A stretch of DNA of 64,000 nucleotides from the human T2T-CHM13v2.0 reference genome, Homo sapiens, in NCBI RefSeq assembly GCF_009914755.1, contig NC_060937.1; one strand, written 5' to 3'. The position numbers and the translations under genes were made by a program. Positions 40,861 through 55,870 of this stretch are shown one piece after another; positions within the stretch are counted from its first letter, which is position 1; each line of letters starts with the position of its first letter. The notes under the pieces are model-generated. The model was not told the origin of the DNA, searched no databases, and worked only from the letters and a program-made list of their open reading frames with translations.

Positions 40861-42958
40861 ATAAGTATGTATAACAGAGAAGGGCAGAAGATGGAGATGG
40901 GTATATGACAGAAAAATACAAAGCAAACATAAAGGAATAGCATCTTTCCTTACATAATAGCAACAACATTTCGAGGTTCCAGCAGATAAGCAGGAGAAAT
41001 GATTGTAATGATTTTAAACAGTAACACTCAGGCAGTGTTTGGTTTGTTTTTCCTCTAATCTATGCTCATCATATAGTTGTTTGACCCTACATCATACTTG
41101 CACAGGAGATAGCACAATGTTCCTTCCACATGACTTTTACAAATTTCTGTAGCTTGAGCAACCTTCAGTTTTGCCAAGTATAGGGATATATCTTATATCA
41201 ATTGGTGACATTTCCCAAGTGTTTTAACCAAACCAATATAATGATTACCCAAATCAAGTTTAACATTGAATCCTGACTGAATGACAATTGTCCCTTCAGC
41301 TTATATATGTTTGGGGATGAGGGTTAAGTTTCGGTTCATATATTGGCCTCTTAATTAAAGGCAATAGTATCTTGAATACCTTTGCCAGAAGATAATTAGT
41401 AATCATGAAAACTTTGTCTCTGTCTTAGGATATTAAGATAAACATTTATATTATACACTTTTAAATCTTAAAATATGATTGTCCTTGATTGAGCCATAAG
41501 TCATTTTAAACTGTTTTATAAAGGAAGCAAAATTATTTGCAATATTATTATAATATCACTCAAAACACTAGAATTAGATACTTTTAAAAAAATGTCTTTA
41601 TATCAATTTTTGACAATTAAATGAACAATGGCCATCCTTCATATTTACTGACATTTACTCTCATAAGAATAGTTTCAAGTATAGAAAGCAAATTATAATA
41701 TTCACATTTGGAAGATTTCAGAAGCATTCTGACAAAGAAGCATTCCAAAAACTCTATGAAAGTTCCTAATGTGGCTATCTAGTGTATTCCTAACATAGGC
41801 ACATTAGGAACTTTTGTAGAGTTTTTGTAGTGGAGCTAGTTTTAAAAGCATGCATTACTAATCTTTTTGAATTAATGGAAGGTGTTTTTATTCTAACATC
41901 ATTCTTTAAGTGTTGGTTCTGGGCAAGTATTATAACTTGTTTCTCTTTTCAATGCTGTATACTTACTTAAAAAGAAATAGATATTTTCTAAATCAAGAAA
42001 AAAGATTCTCATATTTTCTTTGAGATATTTTATTCTGTGCAGCTAACCAGATGTCATTGTATGAGCTATAGTCAATTATGGTGTGTTAGCAATGTATACA
42101 AAAATAAGGCAACAATGACAATACAAAAGAAAACATGATTGCTTTTGTGTAGGTAAATTAAGATTTAAAGAAGGCGGATATTTAATCTTAGGTGTTTTCT
42201 CTCAGCTTTAGTTCAAATTAAATTCAGTATCTTTTTTTGGCCAGCAATATACCTTTTTGTGGCTCACAATGTCCCCTTGTTCATTTTGTACAGGAAGACT
42301 TGTGGAGTGGCATGCATGTTTCTGTGGCTTTAAATGGCAATGCGAGCTGTGAAAACAGTCACTTCTGAAGGAGTAACAATTAGTCCTTACACTACGATGG
42401 CAAAGAGAAATGAAGCATACTATCTTTAGTACTTGAATGTAAGATTTTTTTTTTGTTTGCCACACATTTATTTTTCAATCTCCTTCCTCTTCCCTTTACT
42501 GATAGAAAAATTTTAATAAAAATCTGTAGTCAGTTTAATGCAAACTGAGTCAGCAGAATTTTCTCATTTATTTCTTTTTCATTGACCATTTATATCAGTT
42601 CTATATGAACTGTATATATAAATATACACACTTAAAGTATTGTTTTTATCTAAGTGGTAGTTAGGTCATTTATATTACTTTATACTTAAATTAACTTTTT
42701 GAAAGTTGAAAAAACTTTAAAGTATACTGATTTTTCAATTAAGTCATGTATGCCTTCTGACCCCGTCCCTCTGTATATAAAGATCATTCTTTTTTTAAAA
42801 AATAAAATATACTATGTCTATAATATGGTCTCATAAGGGCCTATGGCCCACTGTAACACCTCATAGAGATCCAAACTTCACAAATAGAATAGAAATGTGT
42901 TCTAGCTCTATCTCAGGTCTTTTCTCTAGTACTCCATTGTATCCTTTGAAGATAATCT

Positions 42959-43317
42959 CGTCTTAGTCCATTTTCTGCTGCTATAACAGAATACCACGCA
43001 TGGAATAATTTATAAAGAAACGAGTTTTATTGGGCTTATGGTTCTGGAGGCTGGGAAGTCCAAGATCAGGGGGCTACATCTTGTGAGAGCCTATGTGTGG
43101 CATCATAACATGGCCAGAGACCATGCAAGCGCTCAAGAAAGATTTTATAACAGAAGCACTCCTGCCATAACTAACCCATTCCCATGTGGCATTAATCGAT
43201 TCATGAAGGCAGAACCCCCATGATCTTGTCACCTTTTAAAAGTCCCACATCCTAATAATGCTGCAATGACAATTAAATTTTAACATGAGTTTTGGAAGAG
43301 ACATTCAAACCATAGCA
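42959..43317 (-). mobile_element. MST-type MaLR solo LTR
   Basis: tcttagtccattttctgctgctataacagaatacc...attcaaaccatagca. Confidence 0.85.
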
Positions 43318-43467
43318 GCCTCTAATTTAGAAGAATCACCTTGGAAAGTATCTCATGACCCTCAAGTCCATTGAATTATGTGTGCACCTATTCGCAAAAG
43401 ACATCAAATGTTCTATTGGACTCCAGCCTTTGCCAACATGTCCTACTGCAAACACAGGCACAGGTAC

Positions 43468-43473
<6 letters not shown>

Positions 43474-43520
<47 letters not shown>
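43474..43520 (+). repeat. (CA)n microsatellite
   Basis: About 23 perfect CA units. Confidence 0.97.
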
Positions 43521-43523
<3 letters not shown>

Positions 43524-43534
43524 ACACACCAGTT

Positions 43535-44085
43535 TTATTAAGTGTGAAACAGCATTATGTCTAAAAAGCAACGTACATGCATTAATTAAAATACTTTACT
43601 TTTTAAAAATTCAAATGTTCATCTGAGCTTTCGTCAAGCTTTAATCTTTTTTCTGGTGGAGGGCCTTGCCTACATATTGATGGCTGGTGACTGATCAGTA
43701 TGGTGGTTACTGAAGGATGCAATGCCTGTGGCAATTTCTTAAAATAAGTCGACAATGAAATTTGCCACATCAGTGGACACGTCCTTTCAGGAAGGATTAC
43801 TCTGTAGCATGCTGCTTGATAGTATTTTATCCACAGTTGAACTTCTTTCAAAACTGGAGTCAATCCTCTCAAAACCTGCTGCTACTTTATCAACTAAATT
43901 TATATAATATTCTAAGTCCTTCTTTGTCATTCCAGCAATGTTCACAGCCTCTTCACCAGGAATAGATTCCATCTAAAGATACAAATTCCTTTACTCATCA
44001 AGACTTGCTCAATGCGGGGTTGCCACAAACATCCAATTTGTAAAAAGCACAATAAAATGAATTTCCATATAATGAGTTATGCCTG
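43535..44085 (-). mobile_element. Tigger1 DNA transposon, internally deleted
   Basis: ORF 43787-43972 ([43 protein letters not shown]) matches the Tigger1/TIGD1 transposase C-terminus and is joined to the Tigger1 end ...ttatgcctg followed by TA. Confidence 0.9.
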
Positions 44086-45914
44086 TATATCAACAATCCA
44101 AGTCTATCACTTGCTTTTCTGATTTGATTGATCCAGTTCTTAGTGGGTTGGGTAAAGCTTGACATGTTTGGAAATAGTTTCTTACTAATATTAGCAATGT
44201 CAGTTTTTGACTTTGAAACCTGACAAGATAATTATAGTGAAAAATGAAGATAAACTTGCTAGGGTCAGTTAGTTATATAGAGTTAGAGAAAATTTCTAAT
44301 GTGGAAATTTACATTAGAAACTAACCTTTATTTATGCTACCAATTTACCACAGTCTCTATGCAATAATTTTTACTTGATTCCTAAGTGCATATAATGCTT
44401 GCAAATACCAAATCAAAACATAAATAGTGTTTTATCCATATTTCTGTTAATTTACTATTCGATTATTGAGCAAAATTTAAAAATTTGTCTAATTTAGATT
44501 TTTTTTGTTACTGTATGCTGTACTTTTTTTGTTAACATATCAAAGTAGATTTGAAAAAAGATAAAAAGAAGCAAGGGTAAGTGGTAGTCATCCTTGATGA
44601 TAGTTATTTCTTTACTAAACTGTAAGACTACTTAAATTGAGGAATCTTTTTATCTATAATCTTAAGACAAATCACATTTATTACAAATTTATATGGCACT
44701 GCCATTTCTTTAGTTATATTGTGTTTACAATGATAGGACTGTACTTTATATGCAGAACAGCCTATATCCCACCTTCCACGTCTCTGAGGTAGAATCAATG
44801 AATGTGATTCTTCCCTGAATCAGTTCTGGCCACATCACTGTTCTAAATAAAATTCTCCACTGAGAAAATAGATAGTAAAAAAAAAAAATCAGAAAACATG
44901 AAAAATAACAGCCCCACAATTTTCTGTTGTATTATGGTGTTGAGGGTCTCTGTCCCTTGCAGAGGAGTTAATATTTTGTAAGAGTCTTCAGGGTTGCATG
45001 GGGAGAGGAAGTATAAGGACAATTTGATCAATTTGTAACCTCCAAAGTCTCTACAAGGTCAATGTTCTTTGTATTTGTTTAACAGGTGTTTATCTCATAC
45101 TCATTTATCTTAAAACTTAGCTCCTTATTCATTATCATGTTTTTCTAGCCAAAATAACTGGGGCCCCTTCTCCTGCTTTAGTTATTCTAACTTTTGAATA
45201 TATGATGTTTGCCTTATGATCAAGTGATACTGCCTTGCTTATTCCTGCATTTTTCTAAAATTCTAGTTAAGAGTAGACAATGGAGCACACAGAAATGATG
45301 TAAATTAAGGGACAGCTGGATGACAAATGCTTCAAAGATCACTTTTATACTCTTATAGTGAATCTGAATGTGGAGGAGTCAGTGCATTCCTGGTAGAGGG
45401 AACAACATTTGTAGACATATTTATTTCAGAAAAAAACATTATGTGAGTCTAAATATATGTTTGTGGAAATAGTAAATACATTTGTATAATTTAAGTCAGT
45501 ATTAGAGACAATAAGAGGTAATCCAGGTCAGGTAGACAGAGGCCACATTAGACTAAAAAGAAACAAAAACAGAAAACCAAAAACTTGTTTCTTAGCATAT
45601 GAGAATGTGGATTTCATCCTGTATGAGAGATTCTAAATAAGGATCACCATAGCAAAATTGTTCTGAAAACAGGGCTGAAGATAATTAAAAACATTAATGT
45701 AATGATTTATTTTAAAGTACAGTTTACACAGGGTATTCAAACATATATTAACAACAACCTTTTGATATAGAAAGAGTATCCACAAATCTTCATTTGGTGG
45801 CATCAGCAACACTACTACTTGTCTACTGTTGTTGATGAATGTACACACTTCAAACTTACATCTTTTAACCCACATATAATAATTAATTTCATGCCCAATC
45901 CTGCCTTTTTAATA

Positions 45915-46600
45915 ACACTAATAGCTAATACCTGCAAAGTATTCAAGATGTAGTAAACACTGTTTCAAGAAGTTGGCATTTATTAAAAAAATTTAATTTT
46001 GCTTCTAAGACTATAAAACAAGTAATACTATTATTTCCAATTCACAAATGAGGAAATATGATATAAAAACATGAAGTTAAGCTGCCCTCGGTGTTAAAAC
46101 ACACTAAATATGGACTCTGTACTTCTGTATTTTAGTCCTTGTGGATGAACTGTAACCTAGCTTAATAGTCAGATAAAATTGAAAACCTAACTTAATAGTA
46201 TGCACCCATAACAATAGCTGAGTGTTGGCCAATCCCAGTGGCCATACTTCAACCGCTCATAGACTGCTGTGTTCAAATTATATTGAACTGCATTCAAATA
46301 AGGCAAACACCAAGCTGTAACCAATCTCGCTGTTTCTGTACCTCATGTCTGATTCCTATACATCACTTTACCTTTTTTTGTGTATAAATTTGTTCCGACT
46401 ACTAGGTACCCCTGGAATCTCTGTGAATCCACTCTGATTCTGGGGGCTGCTCAATTTGCGAATCATTCATTGCTCAATTAAACTCCTTTAAATTCAGCTG
46501 AAGTTTTTCTTTTATCAAAAGTCATCCTTCTAATATATAGTGGAGCTAAGATACTAACCCAAAAATTATGCCTCAATAGTCCAAACTTTTAAGTGCAATT
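45915..46600 (-). mobile_element. MIR split by a MER57 LTR
   Basis: taatagctaatacc...acaaatgaggaaa lies before the LTR and gtggagctaagatactaaccc after it. Confidence 0.55.
46092..46517 (+). mobile_element. MER57-type ERV1 solo LTR
   Basis: TGTTAAAA...gtggatgaactgtaacctagcttaatag...attaaactcctttaaatt...CA. Confidence 0.88.
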
Positions 46601-46818
46601 TCAAAACACCTCTTCCTTGATCATAGTAACATTCTCTCTTCTGTATGTATTATTGATAGAAAATTACTAAACATAAAAAAAAATCTCGTTGCATCTCTGT
46701 ATATAGTCGTATTTTTGCAAATATACAGTGCAGTTAAATTTAGTGTGAGAGCTTTTCTTCACTAGACTCACAGAACCCAGACTATCCAAAAGATATTGAG
46801 ATATACAGTATTATTTCC

Positions 46819-47242
46819 TGCTATGGTTTGGATGTGGTTTTTCTCTGCTAAAACTCATGTTGAGATTTGATGCCCCTTGTAGCGGTGTTGGGAGGTGGGG
46901 CCTGGTGGGAAGTGTCTGGGTCATGGGGTAGATCCCTCATGAATAGATTAATGTCCTCTCAGAAGGGTAAGTTCTCACTCTTGTAGGAATGCACTAGTTA
47001 AAAATAGTCTGGCTTCTTTGGTTTCTTTCTCTTGTTTTCTTGCTAGCCATATGATCTCCTTGCACACTCCCACTCCCCTTCCACTTTCTATTATGAGTGG
47101 AAGCAGCATGAGACCCTCACCAGATGCAGCTGCCCAGACTTGGACTTTTTGACCATCAGAATTGTGAGCCAAATAAACATCTTTTCTTTATAATACCTAG
47201 ACTCAAATATTCTGTTATAGCAACTTAAAATGAACAATTACA
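46819..47242 (+). mobile_element. MSTB-type MaLR solo LTR
   Basis: TGCTATGGTTTGGATG...TTACA with 5 bp TSD tttcc (46814, 47243). Confidence 0.9.
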
Positions 47243-47747
47243 TTTCCATAATTATAGAGAAAAACAACTGAGCTCCTAAGGAAGAAATACACTGAGGCGC
47301 AAGTATTTTTACTAGCCTCAACTCACTGCTAGCTTATACATAAACTTACAGGAATGTGCCCCTGGATTTTCTCTATTGGCTACTTCATTACCAATACAAA
47401 ATCAGTCCCCTAGTGAATGACATTTCCATAAAATGTAAAACATAACTTACTCTTCATCAATTCACTATGTAAGCTTTATATTTCATTATAAATAGTATGT
47501 CTATCTATATAAAATATTGTGTCCATATTATTCTAAGATCACATAACTGTCTGGTAGCCTGGTAAGGCATCCCGACACTTGGAGATATTTTTAAATGATA
47601 CAATAATTTATCCTTAATACAAATATTAACATAAATAGTAACTCATATAAATCTCAGAATTTTTATTGATCATAAAGTAAATTCCATGTCTTTACTTGGT
47701 GAATTTAACCATTCCTAATGATTGGTCCTGTGGGAACACCATTCTTT

Positions 47748-48038
47748 TTTTTTTTTTTTTGAGGCGGAGTCTGGCACTGACACCGGGACTGGAGTACAGT
47801 GGTACCATCTCAGCTCACTGCAACCTCCACCTCCTGGGTTCAAGTGATTCTCCTTCCCCAGCCTCTCAAGTAGCTGGGAGTACAGGCGCCCACCACCACG
47901 CTCAGCTGATTTTTTGTATTTTTAGTAGAGATGGGATTTCACTATGTTGGCCAGGCTGGTCTCAAACTCCTGACCTCATGATCTGCCCACCTTGGCCTCC
48001 CAAAGTGCTGATTACAGGCGTGAGCCACCAGGCCCTGC
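47748..48038 (-). mobile_element. AluS SINE
   Basis: Full dimer; perfect 17 bp TSD tgggaacaccattcttt at 47731 and 48039. Confidence 0.95.
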
Positions 48039-50465
48039 TGGGAACACCATTCTTTAAAGAGTTAATGAAGAAGATTGAGGAGTAGCCAGGAAGTCGAAAA
48101 CTTTACTGCACACTTTACTGAAAGTAGAAAAGCAGGGCATTTCTAGAGGAAGGTTGACCTACAGCATCGACCACCGATAAGTCAATTAGGGCAATAAACC
48201 ACAAGTTACTAACACATTTTGAGAACCATTCAACCTCTAACACTTCAGTATGTTTATCTCTAAAAGTGATACATTCTGACCATGCAGAATTGAGTTAAAC
48301 TATCCACTGCTGAACAAGACCTAAACAGTCACAACTCATTCTTTCTTTGCTCATTGAAAACAAAATACCTAAAGACAGAAAACAAAATACACAGTGATTT
48401 TTGTTTCCCATTTAGTGTTCTTCTCACAACATAGCTCACTATCTTTGTGAAAATATTAATCGGTACCTTAATCTAAGTCTTACTTACTTTACCAACTGAT
48501 GTGGAAAATAATATTTAAAATTATTTTTAAAGTCTTAAAATGTTGTTGTAAGGATTAAATCAGTGCAGTTTGACTGCTTAAGAGACTTTGAAACAGTGAG
48601 TACCATCAAATTGGATGTTGCTGCTGCTGTTGATGATAATGATGATGATAAAATAATAATTATTATAATAATGTTATTTCAATGTCGTTATGAGGATGCA
48701 GTACATGTGTTGCTTAAGATTATTTTGTTTTTCTTTTCTGTGTCCAACAAGCCTCCTCATCAATTTAATGGATCATTTTAGGTAAATGCTGAAAAATTGA
48801 ATAAGAAATCCTGAGAATATCAGTTTTATAAACAATGAAATATTAATATTTACATTGCTGAAAAGACTTGCTTTAATTTTTCCATTGACCTTTTGTTGGA
48901 GCTTTCAGTAAACATATGTAATTTTGTACTCTAAATTTAATCAATTGTGACATTAACAGTTCACTAGAAAAATAAATTAAACTATTTTGGAAACTGGATT
49001 TATAATACTCTCAGAGAATGTCATCATTGGAAAGGAGGGAGGTAACAAAATGGAGAGGGATTATATTTTAATATGAATAAAGAACAACAATTTATATTTG
49101 ACCTATTATTCTTTGACGGGCAATATATTGAATGACTGTTAATTACGTATAATATAACACATAAGCAGTAGTTTGGATTTAGAATTTTCAGAATCTAATT
49201 TTAGTAATGTAGCTAACAAGAAGAAATACTTTCATTAAATTTGAAACAACATTTTAATGTTTTTATTTGAAATTAATGTTTGGACTATTTTAATGCATAC
49301 ATCTATTTGTAATTAACTATTTTCATCTCTTTTTTTCCCTTACTAATATCCATTTCTTACATAATGTCATACTCTGTCTATTCCACAGTACCAACATTTT
49401 CATAAACTGGATGTAAATGGTTTCCCTTCAGTGATATAAAATAAATAGGCTTCTGATTCCAGTAGAGGAATTCACTGCCCCTAAAGTGTTACTTTCCTCC
49501 TAAATTTTTCACTTCTATAGCTTTAGCAGAATCTAAGTGACTAAAAGGACAATATTTTAGATCATTACACCTTCCTTTCAAATTGAAATGCCACTCTACT
49601 TTCCTTCTGATCGAATCACTAGTAGTTTGTGTGTCCAGTTAAAAGCTGAACACCAAGTGCAGAAAATATACTGTATAGTCCTTCTGTCTTCACCCTTACA
49701 AGAAAGCTATAACTTGCACAACAAGTTATACTATAAATCCTAACATCTAATCTCATTGAATAGCTGAATGTATTAAATGAAAATTGACTGCAACTATTTT
49801 CCGAGGGAATTCAATCTCAATACAGAGGAGCATTTCTGGTAAGCCAGACAGTTGCAATATATTTAGTCTCTCAAGTTCATGCAGCATAAAAAAGTTTTTG
49901 ATGTAAGGCTTTTATGTTTTAAATTTTTTCCTACCAATTTATCATGCATTAGCTTATAAAACATATACCAATTATCACAAATGCAAAGCACTGGATTTAA
50001 AGTATCAGCACTCATTGAAATTCACTAAGATATTTGATATTTAATGTTGGTATACTTTTTGCTCAGTGTTCTTAAGAAACCAAGTGATTCCTTTTGAAAC
50101 CTAATATCAAGATTTCCCACTTGTTAAATGAAATGGTTGCAGTTTATTTTCAGCTTTCTAATGTTAGAAATATGACATTTTAAAAAGTAAACATGACTTT
50201 ACACAATAAATATGAAATGAAGAATATCATCATGATAAAGTAATACATAATAAATCAAAAGATTTGAAAATATTCCAAATTTATCTGAAACAAACATTAA
50301 AAACTTCAAAGTCTTAATGTCAGAAAAAGGTCAGAACACTATAAAATACATGCCTTGACAATGTTCTCAAATAGAGATCAGGAACATTTTTTAAACTAGA
50401 CTTTCTGCATTTCTTAAGACAATTACAAATTTGATTCTCTGCTTATGGTTTGTTTCTTTTATTTT

Positions 50466-50552
50466 GTTCTTTTCTTCTTCCCTTCCTTCCCTTCTTCCTT
50501 CCTTCCTTTCTTCCTTCCTTCCTTCCTTCATTTCTTCCTTTTTTTCTTTCCC
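50466..50552 (+). repeat. (CCTT)n-rich low-complexity tract
   Basis: Imperfect CCTT tandem array. Confidence 0.9.
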
Positions 50553-50729
50553 AAGAGCTATGAATTCTATCTTGTCAGGACAAATTTTATCTAATTTTTG
50601 CTAAGACCCTGTTCACAAAAAATTAAACTAACATTTATAAAATGCTTAAGATGTGGCAACATTGTTTCAAGAATGTTAAACAGTAAATTTTAAAAAAGTG
50701 AACGTAGAAGATTATCTCCACAACATAAA

Positions 50730-51610
<881 letters not shown>

Positions 51611-51624
51611 GGGAGCATTCTATT

Positions 51625-52347
51625 TATTGGTTTATTTTTATTATTATATAATAGTTGTACATATTTTGGGGGTACATAGAGTGTTTTGATACATTCATAC
51701 AATATATAAAGATCAAACCAAGGGAATTGAAACATCCATCGCCCCAAATATTCACCCCTTCTTTATGTTGGGAACATTCTAAAGCCTCTGATCCAGCAAT
51801 TTCGCACTATACAATGAATTATTGTTAACTATAGTCACCTCTTCTATGCTCTTGAGTGCTAGGTCTTATTCCTTCTATCTAATTTTATGTTTGTATTTAT
51901 TAATCAACCTCTCCTCATTTCCCCCTCTTCCCTACCCTTGGCAGCTTCTAGTAGTCATCAATCAGCTCTTTATCTTTATGAGATCCACTTTATTCAGCTC
52001 CCAGATATAAGTGAGAATATGTGGTGTATGCCTTTTCCTGCCTGGCTTATTTCACTTAACATAATGACCTCCAGTTCCATCCATGTTGTTGCAAATGTCA
52101 GATTTTTTTTCTTTTTCATGGCTGAATGATATTCTGTTGTGCATATGTACCGCATTTTCTTTATTCATCCAACCACTGATGGACTCAGGTTGATTCCATA
52201 TCTTGGCTATTGTGAGTACTGTTGCAATAAACAGGGGAGTGCAGGTATCTCTTCAATACATGGATTTCCTTTCTTTCAGATGTATACCCAGGAGTGGGAT
52301 TGCTGGATCATATGGTAGTTATACTTTTAGTTTTTTGAGAAACCTCC
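51625..52347 (-). mobile_element. L1MA-type LINE 3' fragment
   Basis: tagttgtacatattttgggggtacat...gcctggcttatttcacttaacataatgacctccagttccatcc. Confidence 0.88.
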
Positions 52348-53599
52348 TTTCAGTATGGGAACATTTAGGGTTGTAAATAGTAAAGATTACAAGGTTCAAG
52401 AATATATTGGGAGCTGTTACTGTACCATAGGGTGATGTGAACATAGTCTATAGGAGCCAACTTGACGTTTGTGTGTCCAGATTGCCACGCTTAGTCCATC
52501 TGATGGATTTCAATCCATGGAAGGGGACTCTTGTCCTGGGATGTCATTAAAGTTCCTCTTCCATTCTGCTGGCATGGATTATTTGCGTTGAATATCAGCA
52601 ATTGTGTATGCCTGCTGCTTTGTTCCTGGGCCTTTGACTTTAAGGGTACAGAGCCCCCTCATAGTGTTAGGGAATTCATGAGGAAACTTGATTTCCTAAA
52701 ATTTTAATTGAGTCATCTTCTGCCTGTAGAGAAGCAAAATGCCAGATACTTCTTTAATCTTTGCGTCACTTTACTACATGCCTCATGCTATTCTCTGCGG
52801 CACTTAGACTGAGCCCAGTTGTTCTTTGGAAACTTGTCAAAAAAAATGACTTTTTAAGAATGAGCTCAAGAATCTCATCATAAAATGAGATTTTAAAAGT
52901 AATCCTATTAGATTATGCTTAGGTATGTTTTACTAACAATAATTAATTTACCTATTGATATTTTAAAATTGTGTTATAATTTTATGTTTTAAAACACCAC
53001 TTTTCTACATATTCTGCTTGATAACAAAAATGTCAGGTGTTTAAAATAAGTATCCTAAAGTTTTCAAGGCATGACTTTAGTTAAGAAATATAAAGCAAAT
53101 TGGAATAATATATTTAAGCTATTTTGAAAGAGTCTTTACATTTTCTGTTATGTTTAATCTGACAGTAAATGTCAGCTGAGTTTCTGATGTTTCAAAGTAT
53201 TAATTGGAAATTTATTTCAAACTTTCTCTATAAAAGTTTGACTATGGCATTATTTTTAATCTTTGGATTTTATTATCATTAATGAAGTTATGAATATGAC
53301 CTATAACATTGAATAAAGGTATCCTAGCACAAATGAATCATTCCATAATTTCAAAACAACATGAAATGTACACAAAATGAAATAGTAAGCAAACATGCTG
53401 ATTAAAAATGCATCAATACAAAATTTAAAGCCTGCATATTATTTTTGTTACTTGAAAGGAACAAATTGACTTTTTATTCTTGGAAAATAAGTATTCTCTA
53501 ATATATTTGTTGAATAATAATCAATGTTAAATTCCTAAGTGTACTTGAGTCTCGTATGGTTAGATTTAGTATAAGGAAATAGAACTTGGAAAGGCATTT

Positions 53600-53790
53600 A
53601 GTAGACTAGAGGATGGTTAACAACACAGACTCTGGAGTTAAAATGTCAAAGATGAATCCTAGTTCCAGCATCACATTGGGTGCCTGAGTCTACAAATGAA
53701 CAATTATTTCATAAAGCTTTTGTGAGGATTAAATAAATTAAAATACAGAGTGATAACAGTGTGTCTAGGGTATAAGAAGTGGTTAGTTGG
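53600..53790 (+). mobile_element. MIR fragment
   Basis: tggttaacaacacagactctggagt...gaatcctagttcc...tgtgaggattaaat. Confidence 0.6.
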
Positions 53791-55870
53791 CAGAACTGTT
53801 TTAGGAAACACTCTCCTACCCTTCTTAAACACTCTCCCCTATTATGACCCTTGGAAGATAATGGCTTAGTTCAAATTGATATTATATATAAAAAACTAAT
53901 GAGTCTCTTGAAGCAAATTAAATGTGAAGTCAATATTCCATTTAAATAAATCTTAATGATGTATTTCAGAGAAGAAAAGATTCTGCTCTAATATCTCTAA
54001 GAAATCTGACCATTGACTCAATAGCTATTTTGTAATTTAGGCTATGCAGCAGTGTTAATTTTAATTTTTATAACTCTAGAAACATATGAGACTGTTAAAG
54101 CTTAATAAAATACTTCATTATAAGACTTCCATTTTAGCTGTTGAAGATTTCCTAAGTTTTTATAGGAGTATTTTCTATTAAACTATAGAAATGCCTGTGT
54201 AAGTCTTCAATACATATGAGTGTGAAGGGTGGAAATATATCATGAATGTCAAATATTAACATATTATGATAATTTAACCTTTTTAAAGGATTTTTACTTC
54301 ATTCTCCATTTACTAAACATGTTTAATCATATTTTGCTCTTTTGTTCTGGTCATTGTCACTATTGTCTGTATTAATCTTCTTATAAATGTTCTCAGCAGC
54401 AGTATTCAAACATGGTTTGCCACTCAGTCACAGAACCTGATATGCATTAGGAATAATCAGTACTCATCCTGCATCTAACCCAGAGTCTCTATTTATGAAC
54501 ATGTATTAAATCCAAGTATCATTTAATAAAGAAAATTGTCTCAATCCTGATTAAGATGGCCAAATAGGAGCCTCTCCAGTCTGCAGCTCCCAGCGAGATA
54601 CATGCAGAAGGTGGGTGATTTCTGCATTTCCAACTGAGGTACCTGGTTCATCTCAATGGGACTGGTTGGACAGTGGGTGCAGCCCGCGGAGGGTGAGCCG
54701 AAGCAGGGTCGGGAGTTGCCTCACCCAGGAACTGCAAAAGGTCAGGGAATTTTCTCCCCTACCCAAGGGAAGCCATAAGGACTGAGCCTGAGGAACTGGG
54801 GACTCTGGCCCAGATACTGCATTTGTCCCACCGTCTTCGCAACCCACAGACCAGGAGATTCCCTGCGGTGCCTATCCAACCAGGGCCCTCAGTTGCAAGC
54901 ACAAAACTGGGTGGCCATTTAGGAAGACACTGAACTAGCTGCAGGAGTTTGTTTTTTTTTCCCCCCACATACCCCAGTGGCACCTGGAATGCCAGTGAGA
55001 CAGAACTGTTTATTCCCCTGAAAAGGGGTGCTGAACCCAGGGAGCCAAGTGGTCTGGCTCCATGGGTACCACCCCCATGGAGCCCAGCAAACTAAGATTC
55101 ACTGGCTTGAAATTCTTGCTGCCAGCACAGCAGCAGTCTGAGATCAACCTGGGAAGGTTGAGCTTGGTGGGGGGAGGGTGTCCACCATTGCTGAGGCTTG
55201 AGTAAGTGGTTTTATGCTCACAGTGTAAACAAAGCCACCAGGAGTTCGAACTGGGCGGAGCTCACCTCAGCTCAGCAAGGCTACTGTGGCCAGACTGCCA
55301 GATTTCTTCTCTCTGGGAAGGGCATCTCTGAAAAAAAGGCAGCAGCCCCAGTCAGGGACTTATAGATAAAACCCCCATCTACCTGGGACAGAGCACCTGG
55401 GGAAGGGGCAGCTGTGGGTGCAGCTTCAGCAGACTTAAACGTCTCTGCCTGATGGCTCTGAAGAGAGCAGCGGACTTCCCAGCACAGCGTTCAAGCTCTG
55501 CTAAGGGTCAGACTGTCTCCTCAAGTGGGTCCTTGACCCTCATGTGTCCTGACAGGGTGACACCTCCCAGTAGGGGCTGACAGACACATCATACAGGAGA
55601 GCTCTGCCTGGCATCTGGCAGATGACCCTCTGGGACAACGCTTCCAGAGGAAAGAACAGGCAGCAATCTTTGCTGTTCTGCAGATTCCACTGGTGATATC
55701 CAGGCAGACAGGGTCAGGAGTGGACCTCCAGCAAACTCCAGCAGATCTGCAGCAGAGGGGCCTGACTGTTAGAAGGAAAACTAACAAACAGAAAGAAATA
55801 GCAAGTCCACTCAAAGACCCCACCCGAAGGTCACCAACATCAAAGACCAAAGGTAGATAAATCCACAAAG

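Noticed and set aside
43787-43972. TIGD1 gene fragment
   Set aside because: It is an internally deleted, frameshifted Tigger1 copy, not the domesticated gene.
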